Positions 53,402-63,600 of a stretch of 64,000 nucleotides of DNA are shown one piece after another. Both the position numbers and the translations under genes were made by a program. The notes beneath the pieces are model-generated. The model was not told the origin of the DNA. It was given only the letters and a program-made list of their open reading frames with translations, and searched no databases. Each line of letters begins with the position of its first letter. The stretch's first letter is position 1. This DNA is from a virus (lineage: Duplodnaviria; Caudoviricetes): the IMG/VR virus record IMGVR_UViG_3300042881_002516, positions 1,293 to 65,292 of that record, one strand, 5' to 3'.

Positions 53402-55251
53402 CGCAAGCCGTCCGGCTGGATATCAACGCGCATGGTGCCGAAGCGCCAGTTTGTGCCTACGGCATCGCTCTCGATCTGCAAACTAATCTGCCGTCCACGC
53501 GCCCGAGTGTCGACTTTATCCGTCGTAGGAGTGATCACATAAGGATCCAAAGAGCTCGGGACAGCAGAAGCTTGCGGATAGGGGCGCAATAGCAATCGGA
53601 CCGTGAGGTCTCCTACCTGATTCTTAAAGTCTGGGATAAATCGGCGCATGTACAGCATCTGATCGCCGTCGCCGATGTCAAAGTAACCCGATTTAATGTA
53701 CGCCAGGATCGCTGATCCGTTGGCATTGACGCCATCTTCTTGGTTGTACAAAACGGCCCTTCCGGCAGTTAGGCCATAGATCGTCGAAATGGTCGCCGCA
53801 GTGCTTGTCGGGTCGTAATCCGAAGCAATCGGCTTGGCGTACACCCCCAGATCCTGCCACGCGGTGCGAGCCATAGTGCCCACGGACCACACGTTCTCAA
53901 GGTAGTTGTACGTCACAAAGCGATTGATGAAGTTGTTGTTGGCTGTGCAATACCACCAAGTTACCTCGTTGAACTGGGTGTTAATGCCAACATGCACCTT
54001 CTGCGACTGGACAACGTTGATGTCCTTGAACACGTAGTCCTGCACGCTACACGGCAACTTCTTAACAGTACCGTCGAACACGAAGAACGCGTCCTTGCTC
54101 ATCCAATACGCCACGCCGTTCACGTCGGCAGAGGCATGAGGGCCGATCAAGCCGCAGTTCGCGCCCAACTGCTGGAAGCCGAACGTATACGGCGGACCGA
54201 GATACTGCATACCGTGCAGCGAGGTGTCCGTCCAGATCAGGATCTGACCACGCGAACGCAGCGCAGAGATGATCTCGTTACCGTCCGTGAGCCGTTGTCC
54301 ACCGGCCGTGTTCGTAGCGGTAGCGACAAAGGTATTGATGTCCTCTTGGTTCGAGAACCGCACAAACATCGGATCCTGTGATGCAGGCGTACCGATAGTG
54401 CTTTCTGTTCCAAAGCAGACAAGGTGGCGATCCGGAGTAGACACAAGCGCGTAGTTGCTCTTGGTCGGCGCGCCACTGATGGCCGTTGCACGCGTAGTCA
54501 GGTTGAGCGGATCGGGGTCCCATTGATAGATCCCGCCGTTCACAAGTTGCATGATGAGCTTCTCGCCAAACGTGTCGAACTGCCACACTCGCGAGTACAA
54601 CGCGACGCCGACACCAGAGGTACGTGGCGTGCCCCACGTGCCTACGCCCCAGGCACCGACACCCCAGCCGTAGTCGAAATAGCTGATGTCCGAGCCGACG
54701 TTGATCTGATAGGCCGCAGTCGCACTACCAGCACCGCTTACGGTTGATGTAGCAGGCGTTGGGACAGTAATTTGGTAACTGTTGGGGTTAATGACCTGCC
54801 CTACCTCAAACTCATTGTTCAAGGTCGCATTGGTCACGCCACCGGGGTTTCCCGTAGCGCTACTAAAGGTCACAAAGTCGCCTTCGACGGCCCCGTGGGC
54901 GGTGTCGTTGACTACAACGGTCGTACTGCCGTTGGTTGTGCTAAAGGTAACCGCCCCGGTGTCTCGGATTGGGGTGATATCTCCCCAACTACCGCCATAC
55001 GAGATGTAGACCTTCTTCGAAGTGCCCACCACGAGGTACGGAGCACCGTCCAGGCTGTTCCACGAGAACACTTCGCTTGGCATACCGACCAAGTAGGTCA
55101 ACGAACCGCCAAACGCGGTCCATCCGCCGATCTTTTCAGGCAGGCCGTACCGAAAACGGATGTAATCGCTGTCGATCCACCCGCCTTCTGCGCCGTACTC
55201 GGTGTTTTGCTTGTCTACACCGGGCTTGAGAAAGAGTCTGAAGTATGCCAT
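53398..55251 (-). CDS. tail tubular/nozzle (stabilisation-like) protein
   Basis: W.DSD.IRFRYGLPEKIGGW; beta-propeller-like; ends ...WRFG..RVDIQPDG.R. Confidence 0.75.
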   Translation of the reverse strand: MAYFRLFLKPGVDKQNTEYGAEGGWIDSDYIRFRYGLPEKIGGWTAFGGSLTYLVGMPSEVFSWNSLDGAPYLVVGTSKKVYISYGGSWGDITPIRDTGAVTFSTTNGSTTVVVNDTAHGAVEGDFVTFSSATGNPGGVTNATLNNEFEVGQVINPNSYQITVPTPATSTVSGAGSATAAYQINVGSDISYFDYGWGVGAWGVGTWGTPRTSGVGVALYSRVWQFDTFGEKLIMQLVNGGIYQWDPDPLNLTTRATAISGAPTKSNYALVSTPDRHLVCFGTESTIGTPASQDPMFVRFSNQEDINTFVATATNTAGGQRLTDGNEIISALRSRGQILIWTDTSLHGMQYLGPPYTFGFQQLGANCGLIGPHASADVNGVAYWMSKDAFFVFDGTVKKLPCSVQDYVFKDINVVQSQKVHVGINTQFNEVTWWYCTANNNFINRFVTYNYLENVWSVGTMARTAWQDLGVYAKPIASDYDPTSTAATISTIYGLTAGRAVLYNQEDGVNANGSAILAYIKSGYFDIGDGDQMLYMRRFIPDFKNQVGDLTVRLLLRPYPQASAVPSSLDPYVITPTTDKVDTRARGRQISLQIESDAVGTNWRFGTMRVDIQPDGLR

Positions 55252-55260
55252 GACCGCATG

Positions 55261-55698
55261 TTACTTGATTGGGCCGCCGACGAGCCACGCGTCACACGTC
55301 CGGTCGCCAGCGCACTTGAAGTGAAAGAGTTCGCAGTAGCCCAGATTGGCTGCCGCGACCACATCCGGGGCGTAGTTTTCGTGCTCCTCGCTGGGGTCTT
55401 CGATGCCGTTCTCGATACAGGTCAGCATCTTCGGGGTTTGGATGAACGCGGCGCAGTTGCCACAGCGCGCTTTCTTGGCCTCCCGCACCGTGGTCGACCA
55501 GAGTTCGGCCTTTTTGTCCCAAAACGCACGCGACTCGGCCTCTGGGTTCAGCGGACCGTACCCATACTCCTTTATCGCATTGTTTCGGTTCTTGAGATTG
55601 ATGTGGATGTCCATCGTCGCTTCCGGACAGCCCTTCTGGCCGCGCTCGTACGACTTACGGATCTCCTGCCCAATCGCATCCTTCTTAACGCTGGCCAT
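55261..55698 (-). CDS. Cys-rich protein (HiPIP-like spacing)
   Basis: CGNC...GYC...FKCAG.RTC.AW. Confidence 0.6.
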   Translation of the reverse strand: MASVKKDAIGQEIRKSYERGQKGCPEATMDIHINLKNRNNAIKEYGYGPLNPEAESRAFWDKKAELWSTTVREAKKARCGNCAAFIQTPKMLTCIENGIEDPSEEHENYAPDVVAAANLGYCELFHFKCAGDRTCDAWLVGGPIK

Positions 55699-55701
55699 GA
55701 C

Positions 55702-55935
55702 TCACCTGTACTGCGCTGTCTTGCGAGCAATAGACTTCGGCTGCTTTACGAATTGCTTCCCTTTAACTTTGCCACGACGCTTCGCAGCCGTTGTACGAGC
55801 GTATTCTTGAGGGCTGAGACTTTTGATCGCAGCCTCTGGGAGGTATCGCTCACCAGTTTTGCTAGACGGTTTACCACTTTTTGTCCTCCACTTTTGAGCG
55901 GTCCAGTTTTTCAATGACTGTTGGGGAGCCTTCAC
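55702..55935 (-). CDS. small basic protein (DUF5872 C-half-like)
   Basis: Q.SLKNWT.QKW.TKSG....ERYLP..A.KSLS. Confidence 0.6.
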   Translation of the reverse strand: MKAPQQSLKNWTAQKWRTKSGKPSSKTGERYLPEAAIKSLSPQEYARTTAAKRRGKVKGKQFVKQPKSIARKTAQYR

Positions 55936-56189
55936 TTGTTGCGCTCCTCTAACAACTTGACGCGTAGTTGCAGGTCGTAAATCTTGTCCAGCAACTCTTC
56001 CTTCTGCTTTTGACGATTAGCAGCACTAATTGGACTGTCAGTCGGCACACCTTCCGGCGTGATCAACGCAGGCATTTTGCCTTCGATAGCAATCAGGCGA
56101 TTGTTGAACGATGCGATCTCCGTCAGCAGCCAACCGACAGCGGCCAGCAGGACGGGAAACAACATGTCTACGATTTTTTGCATGTTCAT
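55932..56189 (-). CDS. small membrane protein (1 TM plus coiled coil)
   Basis: Hydrophobic N-terminus; lysis-module context. Confidence 0.55.
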   Translation of the reverse strand: MNMQKIVDMLFPVLLAAVGWLLTEIASFNNRLIAIEGKMPALITPEGVPTDSPISAANRQKQKEELLDKIYDLQLRVKLLEERNK

Positions 56190-56350
56190 TTGGAATTCTT
56201 ACCGTTCAGTAAGTCAAACAAGGTCTTTATCTTATCTTCCAATATGGCTACGCGAAGGTCTAACTTCGACAGCACAATAATCAGGGTGATTAAAGCAAGT
56301 AGGATTGGCCATGCCCTGGTTACGATCTCAAAGAGATCAACGGTATCCAC
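56186..56350 (-). CDS. small membrane protein (54 aa, GTG start, not in track)
   Basis: WPILLALITLIIVLSK...LEDKIKTLFDL; fills the gap. Confidence 0.55.
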   Translation of the reverse strand: MDTVDLFEIVTRAWPILLALITLIIVLSKLDLRVAILEDKIKTLFDLLNGKNSK

Positions 56351-56522
56351 CGCCCTTCTCCTTGTATTTTTTAGCCAATAGTTGTGCCTTGCGCGCGGAC
56401 CACTGTCCTGCCTTGGTGCCCTGTACCGCTCGAGCCTTGATCGACTCGAACAACTGCTTACGCATGCTCGGCTTCGTGTAGTTGCCAGCGGCGTTGACCT
56501 TGCTCTTAGCTTTCTTCGGCAT
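56337..56522 (-). CDS. small basic protein (DUF5872 N-half-like)
   Basis: YTKP.MR...GQWSARKAQLLA..YK.KGGGY. Confidence 0.65.
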   Translation of the reverse strand: MPKKAKSKVNAAGNYTKPSMRKQLFESIKARAVQGTKAGQWSARKAQLLAKKYKEKGGGYR

Positions 56523-57010
56523 TACTGCACTCCAGATAAATACAAAGCGCGCTCATCGTTACGACGCTTGACGAGTCCCGGCAACACTCGGCCCCCCGCC
56601 TTTGTCCACTTCAGAAACTCGTCAGCCGCTTCCTCAAAGTCACCCCGGTTCGTCTTCATCCGAAGGGAAGAGCGTTGGAGATTGCCAAGGCCCACGTTGA
56701 AGGCAAAAGATACGAGAGCATCAAAGACTCCCTGACGGCCAACAGCAGCAGGGCAAAGTCGAACCACACCACGCTCAAACCGGCCAAGGTCTTGAGAAAG
56801 TATCCCGTCCACCTCGTCCATCGTGAGAGTGCGATCCCACCCTGCGGGTATCGGTAAATGGCGACGTTCCTCATACTTCACCGCAGTGTGGGTAGGCTCT
56901 ATAACGTGTCCAACTCCGACCGTCCACAACAATGCCGGACACCGATAAGGACGTGTTCGTACGCCCTCGTGGTGTTTGATCATGTCGATGGCGGCCTTGG
57001 AGACTTTCAC
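56522..57010 (-). CDS. endolysin, GH24 lysozyme
   Basis: HEG....YRCPA..WTVGVGH, FDALVSFAFNVG.G, GLVKRR.DE. Confidence 0.92.
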   Translation of the reverse strand: MKVSKAAIDMIKHHEGVRTRPYRCPALLWTVGVGHVIEPTHTAVKYEERRHLPIPAGWDRTLTMDEVDGILSQDLGRFERGVVRLCPAAVGRQGVFDALVSFAFNVGLGNLQRSSLRMKTNRGDFEEAADEFLKWTKAGGRVLPGLVKRRNDERALYLSGVQ

Positions 57011-57492
57011 TTCTTACCGAATGCCTGCGTGCCAAACCAAAATGCGATGATCGAAGAGAGAATCAACATCTCGTCATCTGAGAACACTTCAGCCATCGCG
57101 GCGGCAAATGGCACACCCGTGTTGTAGGCGTACCAGACTCCGGCGATATTGATGGCAACCAGTTCCAACACGAAGATGTAAGTGACTACCGGACGCACCG
57201 AAGCACGAAGGTTAATCATCCACTGGGATGCGCCTTTGCCAATCTCAATGTCGTGTTGATACAGAGCCTGCCGTTCTTCGGCTGCGGTTTGGGTCTGAAT
57301 CTGCTCCAGTTTGATTTCCTCAACCCGCGCCTGAGCCAAAAAGCCACGCTCGGCTAATGCCAGTTCGCGTTCTTTCTGAGCCGCAACCAGAGCCAACTCA
57401 TGCTTCTTGTCCTGCCGATCTTGGAAAATAGATAGGATCTTGGGTAGCCCACCCGCGAGGAACGACAGGAAGGTTGAGATCATTGTCATCAT
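57007..57492 (-). CDS. holin (3TM-holin-like)
   Basis: SVRPVVTY, TM segments, IIAFWFG; directly upstream of the lysozyme. Confidence 0.7.
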   Translation of the reverse strand: MMTMISTFLSFLAGGLPKILSIFQDRQDKKHELALVAAQKERELALAERGFLAQARVEEIKLEQIQTQTAAEERQALYQHDIEIGKGASQWMINLRASVRPVVTYIFVLELVAINIAGVWYAYNTGVPFAAAMAEVFSDDEMLILSSIIAFWFGTQAFGKK

Positions 57493-59354
57493 GGGTGCGT
57501 CCTCTTGTACTCATCGAACTCGGCTTTGAGTTCCTGGATGGCCTTGATCAACGGGGCTACCAGCTCTTCGTAGCCAATCGACAGAACAGCATCGCCGCCC
57601 TTGAGGCTATGATCCTGATAGCCACCAAAGTCCACGCCCATAGCATCCATTGTCTGCTTTACTTCTTGAGCAATCAGACCGTGGTGATAACGAGTACGAG
57701 TATGAGTACCGTCATGCGTGATGTTGGCGAGTTTGCTGGCTTCCTGCCATGCAGCAAAGTCTACGTTCCAAGCAGCCAAAGCAGCTTGATATGCTTCGTC
57801 GCTTTCGTAGTCATCACGCTGCGGTTTAGTCGGAGCCGAAGTTCTGTAGTCTTCACGCATGTCCCACTTAAAATCGCGTGGGCGCAATGCCATGATGAAG
57901 TCCAGCCCAAGTCCGGTGTCTTTGATTTCTGTTTTATCGCGTTCATCCGAACGATTTTGGACTGAGCCGTAGGCATACGTCGTCGTTGACGCATCGCCCA
58001 ACTGAACTTGGTTGCTGCCGGTTACGCTAGTGCTTGATCCAACGCCAACAATGTTGCTGTAGTTGCTGGATGATGCGAGGGCTTCAAACCCAAGCGCGGT
58101 CACATAGGTTCCGCTTGTAACGCTAGTTCCCGACAAACCGCCAATGAACGTGCAAGCATAAGAGCCGTTGCTTACTGCTAAATTAGCACCTGCTTCATAA
58201 CCAAGAGCGGTGTTGAACGAAAGTTCATTTCCGGTGGCGACCGTAAAATCGTACAGTGCTTGATAGCCAATCGCGGTGGCACCAATAGTGGTAGTAAGGT
58301 TATTACCAGCACCAAACCCGATAGTTACGTTTCTGTATCCAGTAGTAAGTGAATAGCTAGAACCATTACCAACGGCGACGTTACCGAATCCGGTAGTGGC
58401 ACTTTCTAAAGCACTGTAGCCAACAGCAGTGTTTGAGTATCCCGTACTGGCAACAGAACCATTACCTGCGAGTGCTTGATAGCCAATGCCTGTGTTAGCG
58501 TCCCCAGTACGATAAATACCTGCGCCGTGACCCATGTAGGTACAGCCGGTATAGGAAGTTCCATAAGCACCACTGAAACGGCCAATAGCCGTGTTGATGG
58601 TTCCACTTACTTGCTTCCAGCCAGCGTATTCACCAACAAACGTGTTCAAGCCACCGGTCGTTAAATCAGTACCTGCCTGGTATCCAACAACGGTATTACC
58701 AGCTCCCGATGTAACGCTGTCGCCTGCGTTGGTTCCAAGCGCGGTTAAGGACGAGGTGGTCGTACCGGCAAGCGCGCTAGTCGATGCGATCGTGATGGAC
58801 CCCGCGCCATTGGTAATGGTGATGTTGCTGCCAGCCGTAAGGGTGGCTTTAGTCAGCGTGTTGCCGGTGGAATTACCGATCAGCAATTGACCGTTGGTGT
58901 AACTCGTCTGGCCAGTGCCCCCATCCGCCACCGCAACCGGCAGCGTCGGGTAGCTCGTCGCAAGCTCAACGTCCGTGCCGTCGCAAACAAGAATGACCTT
59001 TGTACCGTTTGCAACAGAAACACCCGTCTGGCCAGATACCTTGACGGTGACCTGCCCACTCGCGGTGTTGTTGTAGATAAAGTACAGCTTCTTCTTGGCA
59101 GGAACGATCAGGTTCGTGGCCGCGCCACCGGTGCCGGTGAGCTCGATGTACATGTTTCGAGCAACGCCCGTCGAACCATCCGGGATGGTGATCGTCGTGT
59201 CCGTTCCCGTAGCCACCGCCTGCGTGACGTAGCCAGATACGGCCTGCTCCAGCAGCGTTCCTAGGTTAGTATTGGTAATGTCGCCCCAAGTGTCGGACTT
59301 TTCGCCCGTCACCATGAGCTCCAGGCCAAGGTTTGTGCTGTAGTTACTAGGCAT
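57489..59354 (-). CDS. tail fibre with C-terminal intramolecular chaperone (peptidase S74-like)
   Basis: 14-residue N.A.G..A repeats; SDERDK...L.P..F.W...GLIAQEV...LIKAIQEL. Confidence 0.85.
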   Translation of the reverse strand: MPSNYSTNLGLELMVTGEKSDTWGDITNTNLGTLLEQAVSGYVTQAVATGTDTTITIPDGSTGVARNMYIELTGTGGAATNLIVPAKKKLYFIYNNTASGQVTVKVSGQTGVSVANGTKVILVCDGTDVELATSYPTLPVAVADGGTGQTSYTNGQLLIGNSTGNTLTKATLTAGSNITITNGAGSITIASTSALAGTTTSSLTALGTNAGDSVTSGAGNTVVGYQAGTDLTTGGLNTFVGEYAGWKQVSGTINTAIGRFSGAYGTSYTGCTYMGHGAGIYRTGDANTGIGYQALAGNGSVASTGYSNTAVGYSALESATTGFGNVAVGNGSSYSLTTGYRNVTIGFGAGNNLTTTIGATAIGYQALYDFTVATGNELSFNTALGYEAGANLAVSNGSYACTFIGGLSGTSVTSGTYVTALGFEALASSSNYSNIVGVGSSTSVTGSNQVQLGDASTTTYAYGSVQNRSDERDKTEIKDTGLGLDFIMALRPRDFKWDMREDYRTSAPTKPQRDDYESDEAYQAALAAWNVDFAAWQEASKLANITHDGTHTRTRYHHGLIAQEVKQTMDAMGVDFGGYQDHSLKGGDAVLSIGYEELVAPLIKAIQELKAEFDEYKRTHP

Positions 59355-59365
59355 TTCTCAATCCT

Positions 59366-60268
59366 CTAGGCCGCTATCGGCGTCCAAATATTCGTTTGCG
59401 AATCATCCACAGGCGTCCAAATACCGCCCTGCGCGTCATCGACCACGGTCCACGGGCCGGTTGGGCCAGGGATAATATTACTCCAAATCGTGACTTGACC
59501 GACTTGTCCAGTTGCTTGTACGCCCGTGACGAACACATCGGCATTGGCCGCGACCGCAACAGAGCCAACGGATCCCGTCGCCTGCACGCCCGTGACCAGT
59601 ACAAACGTCGTGACGACGATATCCACCGTACCGACTTGGCCGGTGGCGGAGACTCCGGTGGGCAGTACATTGGCAGATCCGGTGACGGCGACCGTCCCCA
59701 CTGCTCCTTGAGCCGTGAGCCCTGATACAGGAACCTGCGCGCCTGCGGATACCGCGACAGTGCCGACTTCGCCGGTTGCGAATACTCCGGTGACATTGGT
59801 ATTGGCGTCGGCGGTGACCGCAACACTGCCCACGGCTCCCGTTGCTTGGACACCGGTGACAAAGACGTCGATGCCGGCCAGGACCGTGACGGTGCCGACT
59901 TCACCAGTGGCAAAGACTCCCGTGACAGGAACGTCGACATCAGCCGTAACGGCGACAGATCCGACTTGTCCGGAAGCCTGAACGCCTGTGACATCGACGT
60001 TCGCTGCGCCGGTAACGGCGACAGATCCGACCTGACCGGTGGCAAAGACTCCCGTGACAAGGACATCGGTGCCGGCTTCGACGGCAACCGTGCCGACCTG
60101 ACCAGAGGCCTGTACCCCGATGAGATCGACATTGGCAGCGCCCGTAACCGCGACGGTGCCAATAGCCCCCGTCGCCGCAACGCCTGTGACGTTAACAGCA
60201 ACGTTGACCCCACCCTCCAGCCCTGTGGAGGAAATCGGGGCGGAGGAAAGTGGGGAAAAACCAAGCAC
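59366..60268 (-). CDS. repetitive tail/structural protein
   Basis: About 11 copies of a 22-aa VTGV.ATG.VG.V.V repeat. Confidence 0.7.
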   Translation of the reverse strand: MLGFSPLSSAPISSTGLEGGVNVAVNVTGVAATGAIGTVAVTGAANVDLIGVQASGQVGTVAVEAGTDVLVTGVFATGQVGSVAVTGAANVDVTGVQASGQVGSVAVTADVDVPVTGVFATGEVGTVTVLAGIDVFVTGVQATGAVGSVAVTADANTNVTGVFATGEVGTVAVSAGAQVPVSGLTAQGAVGTVAVTGSANVLPTGVSATGQVGTVDIVVTTFVLVTGVQATGSVGSVAVAANADVFVTGVQATGQVGQVTIWSNIIPGPTGPWTVVDDAQGGIWTPVDDSQTNIWTPIAA

Positions 60269-60271
60269 TAC

Positions 60272-60616
60272 TTAGTCCTCGGAATCCTGCGGGACGACTT
60301 CAGGTGCTACGATATCAAATTCGTTACTGATTGCGGCAGAGGCGGTTACCGGGGTGAGCTCGATGACGGGCGGCTCTACGACTTCTGGCGCAGTCTGCGC
60401 GTACTCGCACTCTACCCACGCCATCTCGCTGTGGTTCCAGTTCCATTGGTAGCCGGGACGATCCTCGGGCTTAGGATCACGCACGACCCACTCGCCGTTC
60501 AGCCACGCAACTTGCTTGCCCTCCGGTGCCTCGGGCTTGGCAGGAACTTCATACCAACCCTTGTTGTTGTCGATGACTTCGACCGGGTAATGGCCTTTAA
60601 AACTATAAAGAGTCAT
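60272..60616 (-). CDS. tail fibre assembly-like protein
   Basis: Trp/Pro-rich small protein after the fibre gene. Confidence 0.5.
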   Translation of the reverse strand: MTLYSFKGHYPVEVIDNNKGWYEVPAKPEAPEGKQVAWLNGEWVVRDPKPEDRPGYQWNWNHSEMAWVECEYAQTAPEVVEPPVIELTPVTASAAISNEFDIVAPEVVPQDSED

Positions 60617-60624
60617 GTGTCACC

Positions 60625-63600
60625 TTACAGGGTCAGGAACGCCGTAGTCGGCGGGGTGAAGTTGCTGGTGTAACGGGCGATGCCTTTGGTGATGCGAAGG
60701 TCGTTGATGTAGCCGAGATAATAGTTTGCTGGTGTGTGTTGATAGCCAACATTCATCTTAGTTGTTGCTGTGTAATTAGTTGAGTCAGAAGCACTTACCA
60801 CTTGAACTCCGTCAAAAAACATACGCGAAGTTCCGTTGTATCTAGTTAACGCAACGTGATGCCAATTGTTATCTAATATGGACGTAGCCGATGCATTCAT
60901 GAGGTTTGCGACCATTGTGGAATTTTGCCAATACAAATCTCCACCTGAAAACACAAGTCCGTAAGAACCTGTTCCAGTTTCAAGCCCAAACAATGATTGG
61001 GTAGTGCGGTTCGTTCGTATCCAACATTCCAACGTAAAGTCGCCTGTACCAAACGCAAAGTTCTGCGAAACAGGGAATAGGCAATAATCTCCCGTCCCAT
61101 CCAAATAAATAGACGACCCGCCGAACTTGCTCTGCGTCGTGCTGATCTGCGCGTTGCCCACCGTCTCAAGGTCGTTCTTGGACGTAGCGTCGTAGATGCC
61201 TGCGTTGGTGAAGTTGAGCAGCATATTGGTGCCGCTAATAGCCGTTGCAGGAGAAGTGGGCGGCGTTGCGCTTTCAGCCGAGCCAGCAACCATACGGAAG
61301 TCAGCCATATAACCTATATACGGCCAAGTCGTTCCAGACTGAATGCCAATGTAAACAACTTTTGTTGCAGAGCCAACTGTGCCGGTAAGCGTATAAGACC
61401 TAAACGACGTACCGTTAACGTAGCCGGTCAACGTGCTTCCAGTACGGCTAATAGACAAAAATTGCCATTGGTTTAATTTGATTACGCCAGCAGCACTAAA
61501 TGTGCTATCGGTGGTCGTCAAGAATCGGATAGCCCCCGTATTGTCATACTGAATCAGCCATTCATTCGCTGCACCAGCACCCGCCCACGATCCCGCTAAG
61601 ACATAAAAAGATGCCGCAAACGATGTGGGGTAAATCCACATTGAAATAGTGAAGTCGCCAGTTGGCGCGAACTGCCCGGTTGATGGGCCGTTGAGGTAAT
61701 CGCCAGACCCATCAAAATACCCACTCCCGCCATACGTCGCTGCACTCCACGCTGCCGTGGGGTTGAACGGGCTGAAGGCTTGGACAGACACATCACCGTT
61801 GCGCGTGATGGCAAAGGCGTTGCTGCTGTTGTCTACGAAGCGGTTGCTCTGACAGGTCAATAGAGAGGTGTTAGTAATGGCGGTAAGGGGGGCGGTTGGA
61901 ACCGTAAAGGCTGAAGTGTAAACCGCCGTACCTTTTACGATGCGTAAATTAGAAATGTACCCGTTTACGCTTTTAGTAGCGTCTGACGCTGCGCCAACAT
62001 AGCAAGCGCCCGTAGCATAATTGACTGTATTTGTTGCAGAGCCAATTTGAGAGCCATTTACAAACCCGTAAACGGTTGATCCGCTACGAGTAAACGCAAT
62101 GTGATACCAAGCGTTTGGCTGGAAGGAATACGAAAACATCGTATCCTCTGCAACCATTGCTCGGCCAATGCCCACCGTAGTCGCTTGGGTTTTTAAGAAA
62201 ATTCCACCGCTTGTGCCGTTATCAATAATGTGCTTTTCAGCTTGCGCTGCTGTGAAGTAAACCCATGCCTCTAAGGTAAAGTCACCCGTTCCCATCCCAA
62301 ACGCCGCGTTGCTTGGCGTTGAAAGATAGTCAGTTGTCCCATCAAAGTAGTTACTCCAACCCGTCTGCGAGAACGGCGAGAACGTACCCTGCGTCGTGTT
62401 GCCATTGCGGGTGATCGTGAAGTTGTTGGTAGACGAGTCTAGGAACGTATTGTTCTGCGCTCCGTTGGTGCCGTTACCGGGCAGTAGCAGAGTGGTGTAG
62501 TCGTAATACGGATCGGCAGTCAGCGTGACCGTGCCGCCGATGTTGGGGAACTCTGCCGTTGGAGGCGTGAAACTGTAGGTGTATCGGCCTACGCCCTTGG
62601 AAATACGAAGGTCATCAATGTAGCCATTTAAATAGCCACCAGATGCGGTTTGCGATCCGACAAAAGCACCACTAAAACTGACTGCGCTGGTGTGCGAGGC
62701 AGAGCCGGTTTGGTTGCCATTGATGAACATTTTGACAACGCCAGCCGATCTTGAAACGGCAACGTGTATCCAATTGCTTAACGATATGGTTCCACTAACG
62801 ATGCCAGAGCCGTTGTAGAACGTCAGCGTTGTGCCGTTGTTGGTGCTTGAGTAGATGGTTGAATAGGTGCCGGTTGGGTTCGTGATGAGACCAACGCCAA
62901 GGCCACCGGAATCTGTGGTGTTATTGAAATACACCCACATCTCAATTGTAAAGTCGCCGGTTCCGAAGTCTAAGTTCGTGGTAACAGGGGTCTTTAAGTA
63001 ATCCCCGCTACCATCAAACGCCATAGACCCCGTGCCGTACTTCTTGACCGAGGTGTTGATCTGGGCATTGCCGACCGTCTCGTAATCCGCAACGGCAGCG
63101 TTGTCGAAGATACCGGCGTTGGTGTAATTGCAAAGCAAAGACGTATTTGTAACAGCCGTGAGAGGCGCGGTCGGAACTGTAAGCGTCGTTCCAGAATATT
63201 GCGCCGTTCCTTTTATTGCTCTCAGGCTAGACATAAAGCCCGTTAAAGCTCCGCCAGCACCATCCACAATGGATCGGCCAATGTTAGTGCCGTTGTTATT
63301 ATTGAAGTTGATACTTCCGGTGTACGTCTCCGTATCTTCTCTTGTGCCGTTCACATACAAAGAAAACGTATTTCCAGAACGAACAACAGCAACGTGATAC
63401 CAAGCGTTAGGAACAACGACTGTGGTTGATTCCAGCAGGGGCGCTCCCCCACTATTAAAGTTGTACGATTGAACAGTAACGTGACCAGAATAAAAAGTGT
63501 GTCTTGCCTTCAAGATCACAGAGCCAGCGGCAAATGAGCCGCCGTTGTCACTAATGATGCCTTGGTCGGCATTAGATGTGCTGGTCAGGTAGAACCATGA

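Noticed and set aside
59374-60264. 296-aa alternative-frame ORF overlapping the repeat protein
   Set aside because: Explained by repetitive Val/Thr/Gly/Ala codons lacking stops in that frame
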